A stretch of 64,000 nt of DNA, taken from Desulfobacterales bacterium. Lineage in GTDB: Bacteria > Desulfobacterota > Desulfobacteria > Desulfobacterales > JAHEIW01. Positions 36,148 through 45,218 of the stretch are shown here, piece after piece. Every line of letters begins with the position of its first letter. Within the stretch, counting starts at the first letter, position 1. The stretch lies in assembly GCA_050116835.1 (NCBI GenBank), contig JASFNW010000002.1:6004-70003 (forward strand), given 5' to 3'. Position numbers and translations under genes: made by a program. The notes under the pieces were generated by a model. The model worked only from the letters and a program-made list of their open reading frames with translations. It did no database searches and was not told where the DNA came from.

Positions 36148-39100
36148 ATGCCCGGCCTGAACATCTTTACCAGCAACAAACTTGAAATTCTGGCAACACA
36201 ACTGGCGCAACAGCTGAAAAAACCGGTGTCCAAAACGCTGAAACCCGAAATTATTGTCATCCAGAGTTCCGGCATGGAACGCTGGATATCTCAGGAACTT
36301 GCGCGCTTTAACGGTATCTGTGCCAACATCCATTTTCCGTTCCCCAATACCTTTTTGGACCACATCGCACAACAGGTCATGCCCGATGAAGAACAGCCCT
36401 CGGCCTTTGAACCCGATGTTTTGATGTTTAGAATCATGAGTGCGCTTCCGGAATGCACGATCAGGCCAGGTTTTGAGCGCCTGAAAGCCTACCTGACCGA
36501 TGATGCCAGCCGTCTCAGGGAATTGCAGATATCAAGCAAACTGGCTGATCTTTACGACCAGTACCAGGTGTTTCGACCGGAAATGATCATTCGCTGGGAG
36601 CAGGGTGAAAATCCCGAGCACGCCAACGACCACTGGCAGGCTGAGCTTTGGCGGCAGTTGCAAGAGGGTCGGCAAAATCAGCACCGTGCCAGCCAGCAGC
36701 GAAATTTGATACAACGCATCCAAGCTCATCCGGAGTCCTTTCCGGATTTGCCGCACCGCTTTTTTATGTTTGGCATTTCTTACCTGCCGCGATTTCATCT
36801 GGAGACGTTTGCAGCGCTGTCAGAGGTTGTTGAAACCAACCTGTATTTGCTGAATCCGTGTCAAGAGTACTGGGGCGACATTGTTTCCCAAAAACAAATG
36901 CAGCGCATCCAACGCACATATGCGCATTCGGCTGAAGTCGCAACGGAACTGCACCTGGAAGAGGGCAACCGTCTGCTGGCATCCATGGGGTCTCACGGTA
37001 GAGATTTTCATACCGTGATCAGCGGTTTTGATTTTCAGATTCACGAAAACTATCAGGATCCAGGATGCACAACCCTGCTGAGCTGTATTCAATCGGATAT
37101 TCTTAATTTAAGAGATCGCCGGCCGATACCGGCCAGTACCAACAATCAAGACGATTCTATGACCGCAACGACCTACGCACCGGTATTGGCAATCAAGCCA
37201 TCAGACACGTCCATTCAGATCCACTGCTGCCACAGTCCGATGCGTGAAACGGAAGTATTGCATGATAACCTGCTGTCAATGTTTGAAGCGGATTCACAAC
37301 TGCGACCAAAGGACATTGTGGTCATGACGCCCGACATTGATGCTTACGCCCCCTACATTCAGGCCGTTTTTGATACGGTGATCGATAAACGTCTGCAAAT
37401 TCCGTTTAGTATTGCAGACCGCGGGGCTCGGGAACAGGGTCGTCTGGTCGACGGCTTTTCATTGTTTCTGGAGCTCAAGGACGCCCGGTTCAGCGTATCT
37501 CGCGTTCTGCGATTACTGGAAGCGCCGGGTGTTCGAGAAAAATTTGGACTCAACCGCAGGGACATCGAAATTGTCGAACGTTGGATACGCGATACGCGAA
37601 TCCGCTGGGGAATCGATGCCGACCATCGCCGCAAGCTGGGTCTTCCGGCGGTTTCCGAAAACACTTGGCATGCGGGCATCCGGCAGCTGCTGCTGGGATA
37701 TGCGATGCCTGAAAATCAGCTGCGAATGTTCGACGATATTTTGCCCTATGATGCCGTTGAGGGGGCCGACATTCATAGCTTGGGTAAATTTTTAAATTTC
37801 TGCGATGCAGTATTTCAATATGCCCGGGAACTGATTGGGGCCAAAAGCTTGCGAACCTGGAGCATTTTTTTTAAGCGTTTGCTCGACGAATTCTTTCAGC
37901 CGGGGGAAGAAACCGAACGCGAAATAAAACGTTTGCGATCCATCCTGGATAACCTGGGCCAGCGCCAGACGGATGCAGACTTCGATGACAAACTCGAATT
38001 CGAGCCCATTCGGTTTTATCTGGAGCGCCAGCTGGATAAATTGCAATTTTCATCCGGCTTCATGACGGGAGGGGTAACTTTTTGTGCCATGCTTCCGATG
38101 CGCAGCATTCCTTTTAAGGTTGTCTGTCTGATGGGCATGAATTCAGATGCATTCCCGCGTGATTTTCAGCCGCTATCGTTTGATCAAATCGTACAACACC
38201 CGCGGCCCAGTGACCGCTCTCGTCGAAATGACGACAAGTACCTGTTTTTGGAATCCATTATTTCAGCCCGGAATACGCTTTATATCAGTTTTGTGGGGCA
38301 AAGCATCCAGGACAACAGTCGTATGCCCCCGTCGCCTCTCGTCAGCGAACTGCTGGACACAATTGAAAAGGGATTTGAACTGCCCGGACAAAACATTCGA
38401 GAACATGTGCTGCGTTTTCATCGTCTGCAGGCCTTTTCCCCTGAATACTTTACCCGCGAGAGTCCACTTTTCAGCTATTCCTCGGAAAACTGCGATGCGG
38501 CTGCATTTATCAACAATAACAAAACCGCCTCGCCGCTGATCACGAACACTATTCCCCTGACAGCGGCTGAAAAAACCGAATGGCACAATCTGGATATTGA
38601 TTCTCTTTGCCGCTTTTTTAGCCATCCCACGCGGTTCTTGCTCGAGCAGCGCCTGGGCATTTATCTGGAACAGACCGCTGTTTTAACTGAAAAACGTGAA
38701 GATTTTGAATTAGATCCTTTAGATCAATTCCACGTTGGCCAGAATCTTTTAAAAACCCGCATGTCCGGTCACGATCTGGACGCTTGCCGAGCGGCCCAGA
38801 TGGCCAGGGGGTATTTTCCGCATGGAAATGTCGGTACCTTACTGTATAACAACATGAGCAGCGCAGTGGAGCAGTTTGCCAACAGAGTAGAAACCTTGCA
38901 AGAAAAATACATTGCAGGACCATCAGAAAAGCACATCGATATTGATGAATTTAGCCTGCTGGTCAGAATGCCGAAAATTTATGAGCACGGACTGGTTCAA
39001 TACCGCTACGCAAATCAACGCGCCCAGGATTTGTTGGGCCTTTGGATTTACCATCTAGCTCTCTGTGACAATGTCCAGACCAATTTGCCCCGAACCAGTA

Positions 39101-39459
39101 TAATGCTGTTCAAGAATTCGGTTTGGAAATTTGATCTTGTTGATCACCCGCGAACTATTCTGGCGGAACTGCTCAGCGCGTTTAAGGCGGGACTGGAAAA
39201 ACCGCTGCATTTTTTCCCGGCCACGTCTTTTGTTTACGTTTTTCAGCAGCAAATCAACAATAGATCCGAAAAAGCGGCGATGGCCGCGGCCCGACGCAAT
39301 TGGATGGGAAATGATTACTCCAGAGGCGAATCGGACGATCCCTATATTGATATCTGTTTTAAAAGTGCCGACCTGCTGGACAGCCATTTTGCAGATGTTT
39401 CCCATGCCGTGTTCGGGCCTTTGCTGGCAAATGGCGGTCCGGTGGAAAATGTTCCCTAA
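36148..39459 (+). CDS. recC: exodeoxyribonuclease V gamma subunit
   Basis: 1103 aa. N-terminus FTSNKLEILATQLAQQL and overall length are typical of RecC. It lies upstream of recB/recD on the same strand. Confidence 0.85.
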   Translation: MPGLNIFTSNKLEILATQLAQQLKKPVSKTLKPEIIVIQSSGMERWISQELARFNGICANIHFPFPNTFLDHIAQQVMPDEEQPSAFEPDVLMFRIMSALPECTIRPGFERLKAYLTDDASRLRELQISSKLADLYDQYQVFRPEMIIRWEQGENPEHANDHWQAELWRQLQEGRQNQHRASQQRNLIQRIQAHPESFPDLPHRFFMFGISYLPRFHLETFAALSEVVETNLYLLNPCQEYWGDIVSQKQMQRIQRTYAHSAEVATELHLEEGNRLLASMGSHGRDFHTVISGFDFQIHENYQDPGCTTLLSCIQSDILNLRDRRPIPASTNNQDDSMTATTYAPVLAIKPSDTSIQIHCCHSPMRETEVLHDNLLSMFEADSQLRPKDIVVMTPDIDAYAPYIQAVFDTVIDKRLQIPFSIADRGAREQGRLVDGFSLFLELKDARFSVSRVLRLLEAPGVREKFGLNRRDIEIVERWIRDTRIRWGIDADHRRKLGLPAVSENTWHAGIRQLLLGYAMPENQLRMFDDILPYDAVEGADIHSLGKFLNFCDAVFQYARELIGAKSLRTWSIFFKRLLDEFFQPGEETEREIKRLRSILDNLGQRQTDADFDDKLEFEPIRFYLERQLDKLQFSSGFMTGGVTFCAMLPMRSIPFKVVCLMGMNSDAFPRDFQPLSFDQIVQHPRPSDRSRRNDDKYLFLESIISARNTLYISFVGQSIQDNSRMPPSPLVSELLDTIEKGFELPGQNIREHVLRFHRLQAFSPEYFTRESPLFSYSSENCDAAAFINNNKTASPLITNTIPLTAAEKTEWHNLDIDSLCRFFSHPTRFLLEQRLGIYLEQTAVLTEKREDFELDPLDQFHVGQNLLKTRMSGHDLDACRAAQMARGYFPHGNVGTLLYNNMSSAVEQFANRVETLQEKYIAGPSEKHIDIDEFSLLVRMPKIYEHGLVQYRYANQRAQDLLGLWIYHLALCDNVQTNLPRTSIMLFKNSVWKFDLVDHPRTILAELLSAFKAGLEKPLHFFPATSFVYVFQQQINNRSEKAAMAAARRNWMGNDYSRGESDDPYIDICFKSADLLDSHFADVSHAVFGPLLANGGPVENVP

Positions 39460-39487
39460 TGACACGTTTTACATCAAGGAGAAAGCT

Positions 39488-39871
39488 ATGGCCATGGTCG
39501 TTCAGCTGCACGAAGGTGTGGCGATTAAAAAATTTAAATTGGACAAATCCACGCTAAGCCTGGGACGCGACCCGCAAAGTGATATTTTTATCGATAACAC
39601 AGTTGTCAGCTCTAAGCATGCAATTATCACGGCCGAAGCGCATCCCGAATCCGGCGGAGAACTGCAGTACTTCATTGAAGACTTAAATAGCACCAACAGC
39701 ACCTATGTTAATGGTGAAAAAATCACGCGTCACAAGCTGGCACACGATGACGTGATCCGAATCGGCTGGAATCATTTTAAGTTTATCGATGCGGCGCAGG
39801 CAGATCCGGATCAAACTGCCAAAATCAAGAAGAGCTGGATACCGGGCGTATATTACACGGAAGACGAATGA
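39488..39871 (+). CDS. small FHA-domain protein
   Basis: I start it at ATG 39488, which has AAGGAGAAAG upstream. The listed ORF 39131..39871 overlaps the recC 3' end and I trimmed it. FHA motifs: LSLGRDPQSDIFIDNTVVSSKHAII, DLNSTNSTYVNGEKI, VIRIG. Confidence 0.8.
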   Translation: MAMVVQLHEGVAIKKFKLDKSTLSLGRDPQSDIFIDNTVVSSKHAIITAEAHPESGGELQYFIEDLNSTNSTYVNGEKITRHKLAHDDVIRIGWNHFKFIDAAQADPDQTAKIKKSWIPGVYYTEDE

Positions 39872-40090
39872 ATAGTGCATCAATTGAATTAGATCACGGT
39901 TTTTGTTGTCCATCCTGGCAATTGAGGCCGTTAAATTGGTTCGATTCGTTTAATTTGTTTGATTGGTTTTAATAGGACAAATGATTGAAACAAATCCAAC
40001 CAATTCAACCAATAAAACGGTCGATTTTCGACGACAGATAAAAATCATTCGAGAAAGTCGATTTTACTGCAAACGAAGTAACTGCCGCAT

Positions 40091-41266
40091 ATGGATATTT
40101 CTTTGCTCTTAAAAGCCATTTTTGATTCGCATATCAATCGATCCGCCTTGATTCAGAAGGTCATCAAACCGGGGGATGTCTTTGATATAAAAATCATCGA
40201 GGTCAAAGATGATCAGCGTGCCCTGGTTGATTTTGGCAAATTTCGTGCCCTTGCCAAAATCCAGTTTCCCGTTAAAGCCGGAGCTGATTTTGTTGCCAAA
40301 GTGACAGACACCGCCGGACAGCTTCACCTGCAGGTCATCGACCCGGACTCCAGAGCGGCCGGCGGGGACAAGGCCGTATCCCATCGGCTTGAAATTCTTT
40401 CTTTCGATTTATTCAACAAAATACAGACGGACATCAAACAGGCCATCCAGCACATTGTACAGTCCCCGGCAGGCACAGATGCGCCTCCGCCTTATGTCAG
40501 CCGAGCACTGGCAGCCCTGGATGCACATTTTGCATCGCTTGATCTAAATCAGGACCCGACAAAATGGCTACCGTTGGTTAAATCTTATGTAGAGAACACG
40601 GGCTTTTTCTTTGAAAAAAAAGTGGCAGACTTAATTCTTAAATTTGACCAACGCCCGGGTGCTGAAAGCATTCAGGAAATGATCCGCGATCCCCGGATCC
40701 GAAGTATTATGGACCGGGATTTAAAGCCGATTCTGTTGAGGCTCAAAGCATATCTGGATAAACCGGATCTAGATGTCAAACCCCCTGATGCCAAAACGCT
40801 TGCACAGTTCAAGGGAACACTCGACATGTTGCTGTCCGACATCCATAACCAGCAATCCCGCGCGATCAACAAAACTGAATCGGTCGATCCCTACCAGGTT
40901 TTTTCTTTCACGCTTCCGCTTGAAGAAAATGAGGAAAATGCGCGCCTGAAATTGTACTGTCCGAAAAAGAAGTCCGGGGGCTCCAAAGCAGGTTTTAAGA
41001 TTTCGCTGCTGCTGGCGTTGAGCCGTATCGGCGAGATGCGCGCGGATTTTTTCCTCCTCGATAAGGACCTGTCCATCACTTTTTTTGTTAAAGATGACGC
41101 CAGCAAAACTCTTTTCGAGCATCACCATAAAGAAATCCGTGAGTCCTTAAACCTTCTGTTCAACTACATAGTCTTAAAAACAGTAGTTTCCGATAAAAAA
41201 ATCGCGGAATTCCATCACGCAGACTTGGACATCGACAGTGATCGACAGGTCGATTTAAGGATTTAA
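40091..41266 (+). CDS. FliK-like (flagellar hook-length control C-terminal domain-like) protein, tentative
   Basis: 391 aa. The C-terminal third (FTLPLEENEENARLKLY...FKISLLLALSRIGEMRADFFLLDKDLSITFFV..ASKTLFEHHHKEIRESL) follows the Flg_hook pattern. Its stop is 2 nt before the FlhB-C-like gene. Confidence 0.4.
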   Translation: MDISLLLKAIFDSHINRSALIQKVIKPGDVFDIKIIEVKDDQRALVDFGKFRALAKIQFPVKAGADFVAKVTDTAGQLHLQVIDPDSRAAGGDKAVSHRLEILSFDLFNKIQTDIKQAIQHIVQSPAGTDAPPPYVSRALAALDAHFASLDLNQDPTKWLPLVKSYVENTGFFFEKKVADLILKFDQRPGAESIQEMIRDPRIRSIMDRDLKPILLRLKAYLDKPDLDVKPPDAKTLAQFKGTLDMLLSDIHNQQSRAINKTESVDPYQVFSFTLPLEENEENARLKLYCPKKKSGGSKAGFKISLLLALSRIGEMRADFFLLDKDLSITFFVKDDASKTLFEHHHKEIRESLNLLFNYIVLKTVVSDKKIAEFHHADLDIDSDRQVDLRI

Positions 41267-41268
41267 TA

Positions 41269-41529
41269 ATGAAAAAAAAATCCAAAGCCGTAGCGCTTAC
41301 CTATGATAAAGACAAAGACGCGGCACCCAAAGTAGTAGCCAAGGGCAGGGGACAGGTAGCTGAAAAGATTATTGAAACCGCCAGAGCACATCATGTGCCC
41401 TTGGTTGAAGATGAAAATCTGGTGCGCGTGCTGGAAGCCCTTGATTTGGAAATGCAAATACCGCCGGAGCTGTACCGCGCCGTGGCAGAGGTGCTCGCGT
41501 TCGTTTATCGGCTCAATGCTGGGATGTAA
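41269..41529 (+). CDS. FlhB C-terminal-domain-like small protein (EscU/YscU/HrcU family, COG2257-type)
   Basis: 86 aa. AVALTYDKDKDAAPKVVAKGRGQVAEKIIETARAHHVPLVEDENLVRVLEALDLEMQIPPELYRAVAEVLAFVY corresponds to the FlhB segment just after the NPTH autocleavage site. Confidence 0.8.
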   Translation: MKKKSKAVALTYDKDKDAAPKVVAKGRGQVAEKIIETARAHHVPLVEDENLVRVLEALDLEMQIPPELYRAVAEVLAFVYRLNAGM

Positions 41530-41564
41530 TCCTTAATTTGTTTTTTAACTAGAAGGTATGGTAA

Positions 41565-44500
41565 TTGAAACCCCTTGATCTCATAAACACTCCTTTAGAA
41601 GGCATCAATCTCATTGAAGCCAGCGCCGGTACCGGCAAAACTTACACTATTGAAGGTCTGTTCTTGAGACTGATCTTGGAAAGACAGTTCCAGGTGGATC
41701 AAATTCTGGTTGTCACGTTTACCAAGGCGGCCACCGAGGAATTAAAAGATCGCATCCGCACAAAATTGCTGCAGGCGGAAAAAGCCTTCACCAATGGTGA
41801 GAGCAACGACAAGCTGCTCACTGCCTTACTTGAGCGCATGCCCAACCCCGGCCCGCCCATCGCATTGATCCATGATGCACTGGTTAATTTTGACCGCGCG
41901 CCCATATTCACCATTCATGGATTCTGTGCACGAATTCTTTTTGAGCATGCATTTGAAACCGCTAATTTATTCGACACCGAGCTGGTCTCCGACCCGTCTG
42001 AATGGGAGCAGGAAGTTGCCGAGGATTTCTGGCGGCGTCATGTATACGATGCGCCGCTGGAATGTGTCAGTTTTTTAACGCAAACGATCAGAGGGCCGTC
42101 CTCCTTTCAACAGCTGCTCGGCAAATTAGGGGCAGCAGAAATGAATATCATACCGCAGATCGCCAGACCGGCCCTGGAATCACTGGCCGCTTTCCGAAAG
42201 GCCTATGATAGCGTCCGGAAGCAATGGTCGCAGTCCCGACCGGCGGTGAAAAAAGCGCTGCGTGATCCAGCTTTAAGCGGCACTCAGTATGGCGGTCTGA
42301 CAGTTCGTCAAAACGCCGCAAGCACCACTAAGCGGGATCAGACCATTTTGCGCCTGCTCAACGATATGGATCAATATGTGGCACCCCATAACACGGGGTT
42401 TCCGCCGTTCAAGAATTTTGAAAAATTTACTGCTCAAAAATTAATAGCATCCGCTCGCAAGGGTCGAATTCCTCCCAGCCATGATTTTTTTAATCTTTGC
42501 GACGACCTATACCGGTTTGCCGCCGAATTAGAAACCGAGCTGCAGCAATACCTGGTCTATCTCAAAACGCGGCTTTTGGCTGAAGCGCCGACTGAATTAA
42601 GGGCCCATAAGTCTCAGAAAAATATTCAATTTTTTGATGATTTGCTGATTCTGGTTAAACAGGCGCTGGTTTCAAAAAGTGGTAATCCGCTGGCGGATGC
42701 TGTTCGTCAAAAATACCGAGCGGCGCTGGTGGACGAATTCCAGGATACCGATAGTGTCCAGTATGAAATCTTTTGCCGGCTTTTTTCGGATCCGGACAGC
42801 CTGCTTTTTATGATCGGGGATCCCAAGCAGGCCATTTACAGCTTTCGTGGAGCGGATATTTTTTCTTACCTTAAAGCCGCCAGGGATGCGCAAAGCAAAT
42901 TTACCCTCATCGAAAACTGGCGATCTGAACCGTCTTTGATCGCTGCGATCAATTCGATTTTTTCAAACTTGAAACGACCGTTTCTTTTTAAAGACATTTC
43001 ATTTGAGCCCTCCCGGGCAGGAAAAGATCATACGCGCAAACTGCAAAAGGGCATAGCGCCAATGACCATATGGTATCTGGATTCAAGACCCTATTCAGAT
43101 AAGGGCAAGCCGGTAACCAAAACCGCAGCAACACGACTGCTGGCCGAGGCGGTCTCCGAGGAAATCTTCCGGCTTGTCAGCTCAAAAAGCTGCTCCTGGC
43201 ATCCGGGTGATATGGCAGTGCTGGTGCGAACCAACCGCCAGGCCCGCCTCATCAATAGGTGTTTATCAGCCAGGGGACTCCCATCGGTCTTGCACAGCAC
43301 CGGCAATATATTTGATTCCCGTGAGGCGATGGAGATCGAGAAAATTCTGTTGAGTATCTGTGCTCCGGACAACCCGGGACTTCTCAAGGCGGCGCTGGCA
43401 ATGGATATGATGGGCGCCCGGGGCGAAGACCTGCTGGCGACTGACCTTGACGTTGATCTTTGGGAAGATCATTTGATCCGGAATCGCGAATATACGCAGT
43501 TGTGGCAGCGTTCGGGATTTATGCAAATGTTCCAAACCTTAATGAACCGCGAGCACATCCGAAAACGCCTGTTGTCCTATACGGATGGTGAACGCCGTCT
43601 GACCAATGTGCTGCATCTTGCAGAGATCATCCATCAGGAATCCACCCGTCGTAATCTGGGCAAGCGCGGTGTCTTAAAATGGCTGGCAGAGCAACGAGAT
43701 CCCCAATCGCCACGCCTGGAGGAGCATCAACTCCGATTAGAAAGCGATGCTCATGCGGTCAACATTGTCACCATTCACAAAAGCAAGGGGCTTGAGTATC
43801 CAGTTGTGTTCTGTCCCTACGGCTGGGAAGGTTCTTTTGTAAAAGACGCTGAAATCATTTTTCATAAACCCGACACTTCCGCTAACGAACAGCATCTGAC
43901 GATGGATCTGGGATCCGATTCCTATGCCGAGCACCTGATATGCGCCCAAAAAGAGTTGCTGGCCGAAAATATCCGCCTGTTATATGTCGCTTTAACCCGG
44001 GCGCAGTCTAAATGTTACCTGGCATGGGGACGAATCAATACGGCCGAGTCTTCAGCGCTGGCCTATTTACTGCACCCGAACGCCGGGATACAGACCGATT
44101 TGCAGTCTGCTGATATCGTAACCGATTTGAAACGACAGGTTAACGCCAAATCTGATGCGGACCGATTAGCGGATCTCTCGTTGCTGGCAAAGAAATCGCG
44201 AGGCAGCATCGAGTTGGTCTCCTTACCCGAGCCATCGGAGGGTCGTTTGTGGGCGCAACCGGATAGGGACGAGATGCTCAGTTACCGGAATTTTTCCGGC
44301 TTGATCGACACCAGCTGGAAAGTTTCCAGTTATTCGGCTCTGATCTCACGGCAGACCGCTGATATTGACCTGCCGGACCGTGACGCGCTTGGAGAAAGGG
44401 TCGAACTTACGATCGACAGGAGGGAAAGTGAAATTGAACCCGATAAAACCGCAGAGGCAGAAGGTATTTTTGCATTTCCGAAGGGATCACGTGCCGGCAA

Positions 44501-45218
44501 CTTTTTCCATGACCTGTTTGAGCACCTGGATTACACCGATGTTTCTTCAGACGCTTCAGATGAAGTGATTCGGCGTACGCTGCAAGCTTACGGGTTTGAC
44601 AACACCTGGCAACGGGTTATCGCCGAAACCCTTTCCCATGCACTGCAGGTGCCGTTAATCCCGCAACAGCCTGAACTGACGCTTTCTAAAATTGACTTTG
44701 ATCATCGGGTCAATGAAATGGAATTTTATTTTCCGTTAAACACGATTCAGCCGTCAACGCTGCAGGTTGTTTTCAAAGCCAACAGCCTCGATCAGAGCCG
44801 GTTGGATTTTCCACTACAGCTACAGAAACTGATATTCAATCCGGTCGGCGGCTTCATGAAAGGGTATATGGATCTGGTATTCCAGCACCGGCACCAATTT
44901 TTTTTGGTCGACTGGAAATCCAATTATCTGGGGCCCACAATTGACAGTTACCGCCGCGATGCGCTGGATGTCGTAATGCGAGATCATTTTTATGTTCTGC
45001 AGTACCACCTTTACCTGTTGGCACTCTGCCAGTATTTGCGTCAGCGAAATTCCGCCTTTCAATATGAAACTGATTTCGGCGGTGTTTTGTACCTATTTAT
45101 CAGGGGAATTGATCATCGTCGCGGCCCGGAATGCGGGATCTATTTTGATCGGCCCAAGGCGACGCTCATCAACGCTTTGGGAAATTCCCTCATTCCGAAT
45201 TTTGTAGAATTCATATGA
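41565..45218 (+). CDS. recB: exodeoxyribonuclease V beta subunit
   Basis: 1217 aa with a TTG start. Walker A is EASAGTGKTYT and UvrD-type motifs include DEFQDT. The C-terminal RecB nuclease motif is GYMDLVF...FLVDWKSNYLG. Confidence 0.9.
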   Translation: MKPLDLINTPLEGINLIEASAGTGKTYTIEGLFLRLILERQFQVDQILVVTFTKAATEELKDRIRTKLLQAEKAFTNGESNDKLLTALLERMPNPGPPIALIHDALVNFDRAPIFTIHGFCARILFEHAFETANLFDTELVSDPSEWEQEVAEDFWRRHVYDAPLECVSFLTQTIRGPSSFQQLLGKLGAAEMNIIPQIARPALESLAAFRKAYDSVRKQWSQSRPAVKKALRDPALSGTQYGGLTVRQNAASTTKRDQTILRLLNDMDQYVAPHNTGFPPFKNFEKFTAQKLIASARKGRIPPSHDFFNLCDDLYRFAAELETELQQYLVYLKTRLLAEAPTELRAHKSQKNIQFFDDLLILVKQALVSKSGNPLADAVRQKYRAALVDEFQDTDSVQYEIFCRLFSDPDSLLFMIGDPKQAIYSFRGADIFSYLKAARDAQSKFTLIENWRSEPSLIAAINSIFSNLKRPFLFKDISFEPSRAGKDHTRKLQKGIAPMTIWYLDSRPYSDKGKPVTKTAATRLLAEAVSEEIFRLVSSKSCSWHPGDMAVLVRTNRQARLINRCLSARGLPSVLHSTGNIFDSREAMEIEKILLSICAPDNPGLLKAALAMDMMGARGEDLLATDLDVDLWEDHLIRNREYTQLWQRSGFMQMFQTLMNREHIRKRLLSYTDGERRLTNVLHLAEIIHQESTRRNLGKRGVLKWLAEQRDPQSPRLEEHQLRLESDAHAVNIVTIHKSKGLEYPVVFCPYGWEGSFVKDAEIIFHKPDTSANEQHLTMDLGSDSYAEHLICAQKELLAENIRLLYVALTRAQSKCYLAWGRINTAESSALAYLLHPNAGIQTDLQSADIVTDLKRQVNAKSDADRLADLSLLAKKSRGSIELVSLPEPSEGRLWAQPDRDEMLSYRNFSGLIDTSWKVSSYSALISRQTADIDLPDRDALGERVELTIDRRESEIEPDKTAEAEGIFAFPKGSRAGNFFHDLFEHLDYTDVSSDASDEVIRRTLQAYGFDNTWQRVIAETLSHALQVPLIPQQPELTLSKIDFDHRVNEMEFYFPLNTIQPSTLQVVFKANSLDQSRLDFPLQLQKLIFNPVGGFMKGYMDLVFQHRHQFFLVDWKSNYLGPTIDSYRRDALDVVMRDHFYVLQYHLYLLALCQYLRQRNSAFQYETDFGGVLYLFIRGIDHRRGPECGIYFDRPKATLINALGNSLIPNFVEFI

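Noticed and set aside
39131-39487. The N-terminal 119 codons of the listed ORF 39131..39871, which overlap the 3' end of recC in another frame.
   Set aside because: An ATG with a good AAGGAGAAAG RBS at 39488 starts exactly where the FHA domain begins and lies after the recC stop. The upstream extension has no recognisable features.
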